From assembly GCA_007280915.1 (NCBI GenBank), contig QYQL01000122.1, positions 6,647-30,646 of the forward strand: a DNA stretch of 24,000 nt. Direction: 5' to 3'. This document shows, piece after piece, positions 11,847-20,112 of the stretch. The notes under the pieces are model-generated. The model was not told the origin of the DNA. It did no database searches and worked only from the letters and a program-made list of their open reading frames with translations. Made by a program: the position numbers and the translations under genes. The stretch is from Verrucomicrobiaceae bacterium (GTDB taxonomy: Bacteria; Verrucomicrobiota; Verrucomicrobiia; Chthoniobacterales; Terrimicrobiaceae). How positions within the stretch are numbered: the stretch's first letter is position 1; each line of letters opens with the position of its first letter.

Positions 11847-14354
11847 ATGGCCTGCTGCGCATGTTCGAACCCCAATCCAAAGGCCGTCCCGGCGGGAGAC
11901 TGGTTTCGTCTTGCCGTGGCGGGACTCGTGGCCGGGCAATCGATGGTTTTCGGGCTCGCGGTCAACATTTCGCCGCCGGACGGGCCCGCCAGGCTGATCA
12001 TTCACTCGGTTCTGGCCGTTTCGGCCGTGGTGGTCTTTTTGTTGGCGGGTTTGCCGATCTGGCATTCCGCGTTGGCGGCACTGATGCGCGGGAAGGTGGT
12101 GATCGAGCAGCTTTTCCTTCTCGGAATTGCGGGTGCCTTCGGGGCTTCGGTGCATTCCACGATCACGGGGTTCGGGCACATCTACTACGAGGTCGTTGCG
12201 ATTCTCGTAGCGATTTACACGTTCGGGAAGCTGATCGGAGAAAGACGCCGGTCGGCCGCGCTCGAAGCGGCCCGCTCGCTCGCCGGCGAGTTCGATCTCT
12301 GCGAAAGGCTGAAAGCAGACGGGGAAACGGAAACCGTACGGGCCGGTGATATTGCCGAAGGCGACCGGCTCATCGTTCGGGCTGGCGGGGCGATTCCAGT
12401 GGACGGCGAGATTTTGGAAGGAGTGGGTTTTGTTCAGGAAACCGCTCTGACCGGCGAGCCGTTTCCCGTGGTGAAGCGGCCGGGCGATTCCCTGCTCGCG
12501 GGCTGCTTTTCCGTGGACGGGTGTTTTTCGATCCGCTCCTCAGCCGCTGGAAACGCGCGGCGTCTCGATGCCCTGATTGCAAGGGTGAGGGAGGCGCAGG
12601 AACGCCCTTCCGACCTCCAGCGCGAGGCCGACCGGATCGTGGCGTGGTTCCTTCCCTCGGTGGTCGTGATCTCCTTGGCGACATTTGCTTTCTGGACATG
12701 GCGCGAGAGTTGGATCGCCGGGCTGTTCAACGCCCTGGCGGTCGTGGTGGTTGCCTGCCCGTGTTCGATGGGCCTTGCCACGCCGGTGGGAATCTGGTCC
12801 GCGCTGGGTGCGCTGGCCGCGCGGGGAGTGATCCCGCGCGACAGCAACCTCATCGAGAGGATCGCAAGGGTTGATACGGTGGTCTTCGACAAGACCGGAA
12901 CGCTTGGGGAGGATGAGCTCGAGCGGGTGGATTTTGTGAACGCCGCGAGCGAGAACCGGTCGGAACTCTTGGCTGCGGTGGCCGCCCTTGAGGCGTCCAG
13001 CAACCATCCGGTCGCCAGAGCGTTCCGGATGCCGGGAGCCGTTCCTGTTCCTTCATCCAGCATTCCAGGCGCCGGGATCGAGGGCATCGTGGACAACGTC
13101 CTGATCCGCGTGGGAAATTTTGAGATCGTTCCTCCCGACCAGCACGGAGCGGCAGAGGATCTTGCGTCGGAGTTGAAGGGCTCATCATCCCATCTTGTCT
13201 ATGTGATCAGGAATTCCCGAGTGGCCGGGATCGCCGCCCTGCGGGAAAAGCTGCGCGATTCGGCGAGGGAGACGATCCGGGACATCGAATCGCTCGGGCT
13301 TCGCTGTCTGGTGATGACCGGCGACCGGGCGGAGGCGGCCGCCCTGCACGGCCTGCCGGACGTTCATGCCGGGATGACGCCGCTCGGAAAGGCGGAGCTG
13401 GTCGCGGATCTCAAAGCGCGCGGCCGGAAGGTTCTGTTCGTTGGCGACGGGGTCAACGACGCCCCGGCGATGTCGGAAGCCGACGTCTCATTTTCGGTTG
13501 GGAGCGGAAGCGAGCTTGCCCGGGAGACCGCGTCCGCCGGAATTTCCGACCTCCGCGCCATTCCGTTCGCCATCGAACGGTGCAGGCAGGCGGTCCATGC
13601 GATCCGCGGCAATTTGATCTTCGCGGCGGCATACAATGTCGTCGGCATCACCCTGGCTGCCGCGGGCATTCTGCATCCCGTCGCTGCCGCGTTGCTGATG
13701 CTGGCTTCCAGCTTCACTGTGACATGGCGTGCCTTGCGCCAACAATCTTCACCGCAGCGGGGCGTGAAAATCCCGCGGGCGAAACTTCTTCTTTGTGTGG
13801 CACTCGGCCTGCAGGGGCCCGCGATTGTCTATCTCGGCGGATTTCGTGGCGTGCCGGCCGCCGGCTTCATTTTTTTGTTTTCCGCAGCCGCGATCCTGCT
13901 GGCCGGATGGATCACCCGCCGGCCGGTTGCTCCGTTTGCCGGGATGGCGCTCTCGATGTTCTCGATCGGCGGGCTGGCCATGCTTGCGGGCTGGTGGGGG
14001 GATGCAGGGTTCGCGCCGGTCGTTCGCGATGGCGTCTGCCTGTGCGGCTGCGCCAGTTCGAACATGGGGCTCGGGCTGTTTGCAAAATTCGGATGGATGG
14101 ATGCCTCGATGCTGGCGGCGTCGGTTCCCGCGATTTTTCTGGAGAGGCCCTCCCGGGGCCGGCTTTGGTGCTGGATTGCCGGTCTGGTGGGGATGCTGGC
14201 CGGAATGGAAGCCGCCTCGTGGCTCATGGCGCAGATCCCGGTTATCCGCCCGCAGGCCGTCTTTTTTGCGACCTATTCGGCGATGATGTTCGGAATGTGC
14301 CTCGGCATGGTCGCCGCCTGCGGCGCGTGGCAGGGGTGGAGGAGAAACCCGTGA
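11847..14354 (+). CDS. P1B-type (CopA-like, Cu+) heavy-metal translocating ATPase lacking an HMA domain, fused to a ~205-aa C-terminal polytopic membrane extension
   Basis: TGE (ETALTGEPFPV), CPC in VVVACPCSMGLATP, DKTGTLG, SNHP, MTGDRAEAA, GDGVNDAPAM, plus the YN (AAAYNVVG) and MxxSS (MLASS) signatures typical of Cu+ P1B-1 pumps. The N-terminus MACCACSNP replaces the usual MxCxxC domain. The track start TTG 11835 is less likely than ATG 11847. Confidence 0.9.
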   Translation: MACCACSNPNPKAVPAGDWFRLAVAGLVAGQSMVFGLAVNISPPDGPARLIIHSVLAVSAVVVFLLAGLPIWHSALAALMRGKVVIEQLFLLGIAGAFGASVHSTITGFGHIYYEVVAILVAIYTFGKLIGERRRSAALEAARSLAGEFDLCERLKADGETETVRAGDIAEGDRLIVRAGGAIPVDGEILEGVGFVQETALTGEPFPVVKRPGDSLLAGCFSVDGCFSIRSSAAGNARRLDALIARVREAQERPSDLQREADRIVAWFLPSVVVISLATFAFWTWRESWIAGLFNALAVVVVACPCSMGLATPVGIWSALGALAARGVIPRDSNLIERIARVDTVVFDKTGTLGEDELERVDFVNAASENRSELLAAVAALEASSNHPVARAFRMPGAVPVPSSSIPGAGIEGIVDNVLIRVGNFEIVPPDQHGAAEDLASELKGSSSHLVYVIRNSRVAGIAALREKLRDSARETIRDIESLGLRCLVMTGDRAEAAALHGLPDVHAGMTPLGKAELVADLKARGRKVLFVGDGVNDAPAMSEADVSFSVGSGSELARETASAGISDLRAIPFAIERCRQAVHAIRGNLIFAAAYNVVGITLAAAGILHPVAAALLMLASSFTVTWRALRQQSSPQRGVKIPRAKLLLCVALGLQGPAIVYLGGFRGVPAAGFIFLFSAAAILLAGWITRRPVAPFAGMALSMFSIGGLAMLAGWWGDAGFAPVVRDGVCLCGCASSNMGLGLFAKFGWMDASMLAASVPAIFLERPSRGRLWCWIAGLVGMLAGMEAASWLMAQIPVIRPQAVFFATYSAMMFGMCLGMVAACGAWQGWRRNP

Positions 14355-14421
14355 ACGCCGCCGCGGCCCGGCCGACTGGAATCCACGCGATCTTGGTGAG
14401 GCCACGCGCCGGGCTGGCTTT

Positions 14422-17400
14422 TCAAGTGACTCCGCTTGAAGCCGAAGTCTTCCTCGCCCGCAGCCAGTAAAAGATGACCGGCGTCACTACGAGAACGTGA
14501 ATCAGGCTGCTGAGCATGCCGCCGATGACCGGCGTGGCGATCGGCTTCATGACTTCCGCTCCGGCCCTGGTGCTCCACATGATCGGCAGCAGACTGGCGA
14601 CAACCGTGGCGACGGTCATGACCTTCGGCCTCAGGCGGAGCATGGCCCCGTCGATGACGGCGGATTTTAATTCGGCGAGGCTCAGCGCGGCGCCTGTCTC
14701 GCGGCGCTTTTTCTCCAGCGCCTCCTCAAGATAGACAACCATCACGACGCCGGTCTGGATCGCAGTGCCGAAAAGCGCGATGTATCCGATCCAGACGGCG
14801 ACGCTGAACGGATACCCGAGGGCCGTCTGCAAAAACACGCCGCCCGTCAGGGCGAAGGGAACGGCTAGCAGGACGTGCGCGGCTTCTGCGGCCGAGTGGA
14901 AGACGACGAAGAGGAGCACGAAGATGATGAGCAGAACAACCGGCATGATGAGCGAGAGAGTCTGCTGTGCACGGAGCTGGTTTTCAAATTGCCCGCTCCA
15001 GCGGAGCGTGACCCCGGGCGGGAGCTTGATTTCTTTTTCCACGCGCTCGCGGACTTCCTTCACAAATCCCCCGAGGTCCCGGTCCTTCACGTTCGACTGC
15101 ACAAAGACGCGGAGGAGTCCGTCCTCGCTGGCGATCTCTCCGGGCCCGCTTGTGCGGACGATCTTCGCGACCTGCCCGAGCGGAACGCTGTTGCCTTTCG
15201 GTGTGGGGATCAGGATGTCCCCGATGCGGTCGATGTCGTCGCGCGCGCCGCGTTCGAGGCGGAGCTGGATCGGGATCCGCTGGCGTCCTTCGATCGTGAC
15301 ACCGGTCGTGAATCCTCCAAGCCCAGTCTCCACGACATCCATGACCTCGCGAAGATTGAGTCCGAACCTGGCCAGTGACTGACGGTCGGGGTGGATCTCG
15401 ACATAGGGTTTGCCCTGGGAGCGCGACGCAGCGACGCCGACCGCGCCGGGGACCTTACGCACGAGCGCCTCGATTTCAAATGCGATCCGCTGGAGTTCGT
15501 CGAGGTCGTTTCCGAGGATCTTGATTCCGAGCTGGGCGCGGATCCCCGTGCTGAGCATGAGGATCCGGTTTTCGATTGGCTGGAGAAATCCGGGGACGTA
15601 GCCCGGGATCGCGGTGAGCTTCTCCGAGAGCTCGGCGATGATCTTTTCTTTTGTCATTCCCGGCCGCCACTCCGATGGCGGTTTGAGCATGATCGTGGTC
15701 TCGATCATTTCAATTGGTGCGGGATCTGTGGCGCTGTCGGCTCGGCCGAGCTTACCGGCGGCCGACTCGACTTCCGGCAGGCTCGTGATGATCTGGTCCT
15801 GCCAGCTCATCACATCTTTCACGCTGGAGAGCGATGTGCCCGGCACAAGGACCGGCATAAAGAGGAGGCTACCCTCGTTGAGCGGCGGCATGAATTCGCT
15901 CCCGAGGCCGCGCGGCAGCAAAGCTGCCAGCGATGGGCTGATGGCCTCGGCGCGATGAAGAACTGCCCTCGGAACCCCGAAAGCCAAGAGCATGGCCGAG
16001 AACAGGAGAACCGCCGCCGCTCCGATGACCATGCGTCCGTGGCCGAGAGCCCAGAGCAATGCCGGACGATAGATAAGCCCGAGCTGGTGCATCACCAGGT
16101 TGCTGCTCTCGGGACGGAACGGCCCGCGCACGAGCCACGTGCAGAGAACAGGAACCAGCGTCACGGCAAGCAGCGTGGCCCCGACCATGGCGAAGGTTTT
16201 GGTGAAGGCTAGGGGATGGAAGAGTTTGCCCTCCTGACCTCCGAGCGCGAAGACCGGCAGGAATGCGAGGATGATGATCGCCATCGCCAGAAAGATCGGC
16301 CGGCCGACCTGCTTCGCGGCTTCCCTTGTCGTCTCCATTGTCTCGACCGCCGTGAGCCTTCGGCCGACGGATTTCTCCGCGAGCTCGCAGTGCCGGATGA
16401 CATTCTCAGTCATGACGATTCCCGCATCCACGAGCACTCCGATGGCGATCGCGATGCCGGAGAGGGACATAATGTTCGAAGTCACCCCGGTTTCACGCAT
16501 GAGGATGAACGAGATCAGGATCGAGACCGGCAGCGGGATCGTTACGATGAGAATGCTGCGGAAGTGCCACAGGAAAATGATGTGGGCGAGCGTCACGAGA
16601 ATGATCTCCTCGATCAGCGCGTGGCGGAGCGTCTCGATCGTCCGCTCGATGAGGCTGCTCCTGTCGTAGAACGGCTTGATTGTCACCCCGGCGGGAAGGC
16701 TCGGTGAGATCTCCGCGATTTTTTCCTTCACGCGGCGGATGACATCCATCGCATTCGCACCCGTGCGCATGACGACGATTCCGCCGCCCGCCTCGCGTCC
16801 GTCGATGTCCAGCGCGCCGCGCCGGAAATCCCCGCCGATCGTAATCTCCGCGATGTCCTCGAGATAGACCGGCGTGCCGCCCGGCGAACGGAGCGCGATC
16901 CGTTTGAGATCATCAACCGAGTGGACGAGCCCGATCCCGCGCAGGACGAATTCCATCCCGTTCTCCTCGATGACCTTTCCTCCGACGTTGAGGTTGCCGT
17001 CGGCGAGGGCGTTCAGAACCTCGCGGAGAGGAATGTTGTAGTGCCGCATTTTTTCCGGCGAGATTGCGACCTGATATTGGCGCACGTAGCCGCCGAGTCC
17101 GGCGACCTCGGCGACGCCCTCCACCGAAGCGAGCTGGTAGCGGACAAAAAAGTCCTGAAGTGCCCGGAGCGATCCGGCGTCCTGCCTGGCGGAGGGATCC
17201 ACATGGAAGTAGTATTGGTAGATCCAGCCGAGTCCGGTGGCATCTGGGCCGAGCTGGGGCGACACGCCGGCGGGCATGAGCCCCTGTAGATAGCTCAGTC
17301 GTTCCAGCACGCGGGTGCGTGCGAAGTAGTTGTCCACAGAATCCTCGAAGATCACCGTGAGCAGGGAGAATCCGAACATCGAAAGCGCCCGGACCTCCTT

Positions 17401-17679
17401 CACTCCCGCGAGCCCCTGAAGGTTTGTGGAGAGCGGGTAAGTCACCTGATCCTCAACCTCCTTCGGGCTGCGCCCTTCCCAATCCGCATAGACGAGGACC
17501 TGGTTTTCACTGAGGTCCGGAATCGCGTCCACCGGCGTGTACCGCACAGCCTGGATTCCCAGCACGACGATCAGAAGCGTCGCGCAGGCGACGATGAAAC
17601 GGTTCCTCAGCGACCAGTCGATAACCCATGCAATGACGCCCGCTTTGGGGTCAGTCCCGCGTATTGTCGCGTCGTTCAC
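14422..17679 (-). CDS. cusA: CusA/CzcA-family heavy-metal efflux RND inner-membrane transporter
   Basis: About 1085 aa, 12-TM RND architecture with an HME-family N-terminus (IAWVIDWSLRNRFIVACATLLIVVLGIQAVRYTPVDAIPDLSENQVLVYADWEGRSPKEVEDQVTYPL). Start assigned to GTG 17679, which forms a GTGA overlap with the adaptor gene stop. The 67 codons upstream in the track ORF are Arg-rich read-through of the adaptor gene. Confidence 0.92.
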   Translation of the reverse strand: MNDATIRGTDPKAGVIAWVIDWSLRNRFIVACATLLIVVLGIQAVRYTPVDAIPDLSENQVLVYADWEGRSPKEVEDQVTYPLSTNLQGLAGVKEVRALSMFGFSLLTVIFEDSVDNYFARTRVLERLSYLQGLMPAGVSPQLGPDATGLGWIYQYYFHVDPSARQDAGSLRALQDFFVRYQLASVEGVAEVAGLGGYVRQYQVAISPEKMRHYNIPLREVLNALADGNLNVGGKVIEENGMEFVLRGIGLVHSVDDLKRIALRSPGGTPVYLEDIAEITIGGDFRRGALDIDGREAGGGIVVMRTGANAMDVIRRVKEKIAEISPSLPAGVTIKPFYDRSSLIERTIETLRHALIEEIILVTLAHIIFLWHFRSILIVTIPLPVSILISFILMRETGVTSNIMSLSGIAIAIGVLVDAGIVMTENVIRHCELAEKSVGRRLTAVETMETTREAAKQVGRPIFLAMAIIILAFLPVFALGGQEGKLFHPLAFTKTFAMVGATLLAVTLVPVLCTWLVRGPFRPESSNLVMHQLGLIYRPALLWALGHGRMVIGAAAVLLFSAMLLAFGVPRAVLHRAEAISPSLAALLPRGLGSEFMPPLNEGSLLFMPVLVPGTSLSSVKDVMSWQDQIITSLPEVESAAGKLGRADSATDPAPIEMIETTIMLKPPSEWRPGMTKEKIIAELSEKLTAIPGYVPGFLQPIENRILMLSTGIRAQLGIKILGNDLDELQRIAFEIEALVRKVPGAVGVAASRSQGKPYVEIHPDRQSLARFGLNLREVMDVVETGLGGFTTGVTIEGRQRIPIQLRLERGARDDIDRIGDILIPTPKGNSVPLGQVAKIVRTSGPGEIASEDGLLRVFVQSNVKDRDLGGFVKEVRERVEKEIKLPPGVTLRWSGQFENQLRAQQTLSLIMPVVLLIIFVLLFVVFHSAAEAAHVLLAVPFALTGGVFLQTALGYPFSVAVWIGYIALFGTAIQTGVVMVVYLEEALEKKRRETGAALSLAELKSAVIDGAMLRLRPKVMTVATVVASLLPIMWSTRAGAEVMKPIATPVIGGMLSSLIHVLVVTPVIFYWLRARKTSASSGVT

Positions 17680-19298
17680 GGTTGCACCTCGCTTCCGCAA
17701 TCCTGCATTTCGAGCCCGAGGTAGGGATTGAGCGCCTTGTCTCCGGTTTGAATCCAGCGCGCGTGTTTCGGCGCACCTGGAAACGAACCTCCGGTCATCG
17801 GGCATTCGAAGACGTGGAACGGCACGTCGTATCCCTGGCGCTTGAGGTCGAGAGCGAGGTCGGCGGCCAGCGAACTCCATTCGTAAAATCCCGCGCGGAT
17901 CTGCGCGAGATCCGACGTTTTCGGAAGTGGACGCAGCTTGGCGGCTTTGAGGTCGGCGTCTGCAAAGGGAGCTTCGTTTGTTGCACCGGGCGCATGGATT
18001 TCGATATTGCCGGCTGCGGTGGCATCATCCGCCGCGAGCGCGGCAGAAGCCGCGGCGACGGAATCGAGGAATCGGGTCCACTCCGCCGGAAGCGGTTTGG
18101 ACTTTCCCGGAATGAGTGCTGCTCCGAGGCGGAGCTGGGATTCGGCGTCGAGCATCAGGTTTCCACGCGCGGCAACGAGATCCCCCGCTTTCAGTCCCGA
18201 AACAATTTCGACGCGATCTTCGCTGGAGCGTCCGGACTCCACATTTTTCATCTCGAACTGTCCGGGAGCGGTTTGCAAGTAGACGACTTCACGCCGTCCG
18301 TCCCGGATGAGGGCGGACCGGGGGATGGTCAGGACCGGCTGCGTTTCGGTCTCCACCATCGCCTCCGCATACGCGCGGTGCGGGAGGAGGCGCTCGTAGC
18401 CGCCGGGAGAATCCGAGAGCGGGTTGTCCACCTCGATCCGGATTTTCGTGCTCCGGCTCTGGGGGTCGAAGTTCGGATCCAGAAAGGTGACCACGCCGTC
18501 GAATGTTTTTCCCGGCACCGCCGGAGTCGAGATCACCGCCTTCTCGCCAATGCGGACGAACGGGAGATCGCGTTCGTAGATTTCCGCCTTGAACCAGAGG
18601 CGGGCGAGGTTTCCGGTTTCAAAAAGACGCTCGCCGTTTTTGACATACTGACCCTGGTAGGCATTGCGGACGAGGATCGTTCCATCCGCCGGGGCGAGAA
18701 TATCGATCGAATAACGGTCGCGCGGCATGTTCACGAGGCTGTCCACCTGGTCCGGGTTGAGGCCGTATTGGATCAGGCGGTGCCTGGAATTCATGGCCAC
18801 CGGATCGTTTTTCCCGCGGGCGGAGGAGTTTTGAAATTCCCGGACGACGTAGAGAAGTTCGGGACTGTAGATCGAAGCGAGCGGCTGTCCGGCTTTGACC
18901 TTCTGACCGACCTGCTGCATGTAAACCTGCTCGATGCGGCCGTCGTAGAATGCCGCCACAACGCGGTGAAGCGTTTCATCGTCCTCCAGGATGCCGCTGA
19001 CGCGGACTGCCTTGTGGAGGGGTTCGAGGATTGCTGGGGCGGTATCCAATCCGAGCACGCGGGCGGTCTGTGCCGAGACTTCGATGGCAGATGCGTTGGA
19101 AGCGGGTTTGTCGTCGTAAACCGGCACGAGCTGCATTCCGCAGATCGTGCAGTTCCCAGGCTTGTCCGAGGTGATCCACGGGTGCATCGGGCTCTGGTAG
19201 AACTTCGGTTTGCGTTCGGGAGCGGAAGGCTTTGAACAGGCCGGCAGGAGCATGACGGCAAGGCAGACGATCCGCAGAAGCGGAAAAATCGTTTTCAT
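17676..19298 (-). CDS. cusB: CusB-like RND periplasmic adaptor lipoprotein with N-terminal heavy-metal-binding CxxC domain and C-terminal DUF3347-like metal-binding domain
   Basis: Lipobox LLPAC. The N-terminal YQSPMHPWITSDKPGNCTICGMQLVP (19122-19199) matches the HMBD seen on CusB-type adaptors. The MFP core includes GQYVKNGERLFE and VISTPAVPGKTFDGVVTFLDP. The 148-aa tail ends FECPMTGG...ARWIQ...LNPYLGLEMQDCG. Start at ATG 19298 (MKTIFPLL), not the track start 19418. Confidence 0.88.
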   Translation of the reverse strand: MKTIFPLLRIVCLAVMLLPACSKPSAPERKPKFYQSPMHPWITSDKPGNCTICGMQLVPVYDDKPASNASAIEVSAQTARVLGLDTAPAILEPLHKAVRVSGILEDDETLHRVVAAFYDGRIEQVYMQQVGQKVKAGQPLASIYSPELLYVVREFQNSSARGKNDPVAMNSRHRLIQYGLNPDQVDSLVNMPRDRYSIDILAPADGTILVRNAYQGQYVKNGERLFETGNLARLWFKAEIYERDLPFVRIGEKAVISTPAVPGKTFDGVVTFLDPNFDPQSRSTKIRIEVDNPLSDSPGGYERLLPHRAYAEAMVETETQPVLTIPRSALIRDGRREVVYLQTAPGQFEMKNVESGRSSEDRVEIVSGLKAGDLVAARGNLMLDAESQLRLGAALIPGKSKPLPAEWTRFLDSVAAASAALAADDATAAGNIEIHAPGATNEAPFADADLKAAKLRPLPKTSDLAQIRAGFYEWSSLAADLALDLKRQGYDVPFHVFECPMTGGSFPGAPKHARWIQTGDKALNPYLGLEMQDCGSEVQP

Positions 19299-19313
19299 GG
19301 GATGAGAGCGGTG

Positions 19314-19343
19314 GTGCGGCGGCGGGCGGACCCGCCGCCGCAC
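19314..19343 (-). other. Intercistronic GC-rich stem-loop (13-bp perfect stem)
   Basis: GTGCGGCGGCGGG (19314-19326), CGGA loop, CCCGCCGCCGCAC (19331-19343). It lies between the stop of the small exported protein gene (19349) and the cusB start (19298). No U-tract follows on the transcribed strand. Confidence 0.6.
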
Positions 19344-19348
19344 GGTTG

Positions 19349-19579
19349 CTAGTTTCCGGGCTTTGTGGCCAGCTTGGCCAGATACTTCGCCGGGTTCTTG
19401 TCGAACTTTGCCCGGCACTTTTCGCAGCAGAGTTTGACCTCGGTGCCCTCGTAGACAAACACATACGGTTTGCCCATTTCGCCGAGCTTTTCACCGGAGA
19501 CCACGCAGGTCTCCAGCGGGTAGTTGCCCGCCCAAGCGAGAGCGGATGTCATCAGAAGGATAAGAATTGATTTTTTCAT
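19349..19579 (-). CDS. Small exported YHS/TRASH-like Cys-containing protein (76 aa), putative periplasmic metal-binding protein
   Basis: MKKSILILLMTSALAWA signal peptide, then CVVSGEKLGEMGKPYVFVYEGTEVKLCCEKCRAKFDKNPAKYL, which resembles the YHS/TRASH pattern (C..G........Y.G....FCC..C...F...P.KY). Start at ATG 19579. The track ORF extension to 19762 overlaps the next gene and is rejected. Confidence 0.75.
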   Translation of the reverse strand: MKKSILILLMTSALAWAGNYPLETCVVSGEKLGEMGKPYVFVYEGTEVKLCCEKCRAKFDKNPAKYLAKLATKPGN

Positions 19580-19658
19580 GGAATGATTTTGTTGGTTGAG
19601 TTTTCTGCAAATGACGCCGGCAATCTGCCATGCGTCGGGTGTCCGGGCAGCGCCCGGC

Positions 19659-20054
19659 TCAGGCAACAAATGCGGGAGGGGCCATCGGCTGATGGCTGGA
19701 ACCCGCGACGAACTCCACAAAAAACGAAACAATCCTGCCAGGCGGGGCGAGGCCGGAATCAAACGACCGGACGCATCCGTGCGCCAATGCTTCGACCGGG
19801 TCCGGCAGCGTTGCGATCAACGGGCAGACCGGAGAATGAACAGTATCCGCCACCGGGACGGGGGCCGCGAGTCCGTTGCAGCACTTCTCGGCGCAGGGCT
19901 GGCTGCTTGAGGACTTTTCCTTCTTGCAGCAGGAGTGCTCCTGCGGATGACCACCAGCCAAAGAAGCGATCGCGCAGTGGTTGGACGCCACCATCCATGC
20001 CATGGCCAGCACCGCCACGACGGGCAGACGGAGACGATGGAATGGCACCTTCAT
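19659..20054 (-). CDS. Small exported Cys/His-rich hypothetical protein (131 aa, 8 Cys)
   Basis: MKVPFHRLRLPVVAVLAMAWMVA signal/anchor, then SNHCAIASLAGGHPQEHSCCKKEKSSSSQPCAEKCCNG...SPVCP...HGC. It is the first gene of the cus-like cluster. Start at ATG 20054 is preferred (ATG 20090 possible). No family recognised. Confidence 0.6.
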   Translation of the reverse strand: MKVPFHRLRLPVVAVLAMAWMVASNHCAIASLAGGHPQEHSCCKKEKSSSSQPCAEKCCNGLAAPVPVADTVHSPVCPLIATLPDPVEALAHGCVRSFDSGLAPPGRIVSFFVEFVAGSSHQPMAPPAFVA

Positions 20055-20112
20055 GTTGTGAAGACTAAACCATGCCAATGGTCTCTTCAACCGGGAATTT
20101 GAAACATGCGGA

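Noticed and set aside
17680-17880. N-terminal 67-codon extension of the RND pump ORF (track start 17880)
   Set aside because: The extension overlaps the 3' end of the adaptor gene and is Arg-rich nonsense. GTG 17679 gives the conserved HME-RND N-terminus and a GTGA coupling overlap.
17664-19235. 523-aa plus-strand ORF opposite the adaptor gene; similar long ORFs at 3399..4376, 5301..6065, 15391..16212, 13580..14470, 10636..11736
   Set aside because: All are antisense or off-frame to genes with strong family motifs. Their Arg/Glu/Asp/Gly-biased compositions are characteristic of GC3-driven shadow ORFs.
19314-19343. Calling the intercistronic hairpin an intrinsic terminator
   Set aside because: No U-tract follows it on the transcribed (minus) strand, and the downstream pump genes need read-through. 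It is kept only as an unexplained stem-loop.
19580-19762. Upstream extension of the small YHS-like ORF and the extension of the adaptor ORF to 19418
   Set aside because: The extensions lack protein-like composition and overlap neighbouring genes or the hairpin. Internal ATGs 19579 and 19298 give canonical signal peptide and lipobox N-termini.
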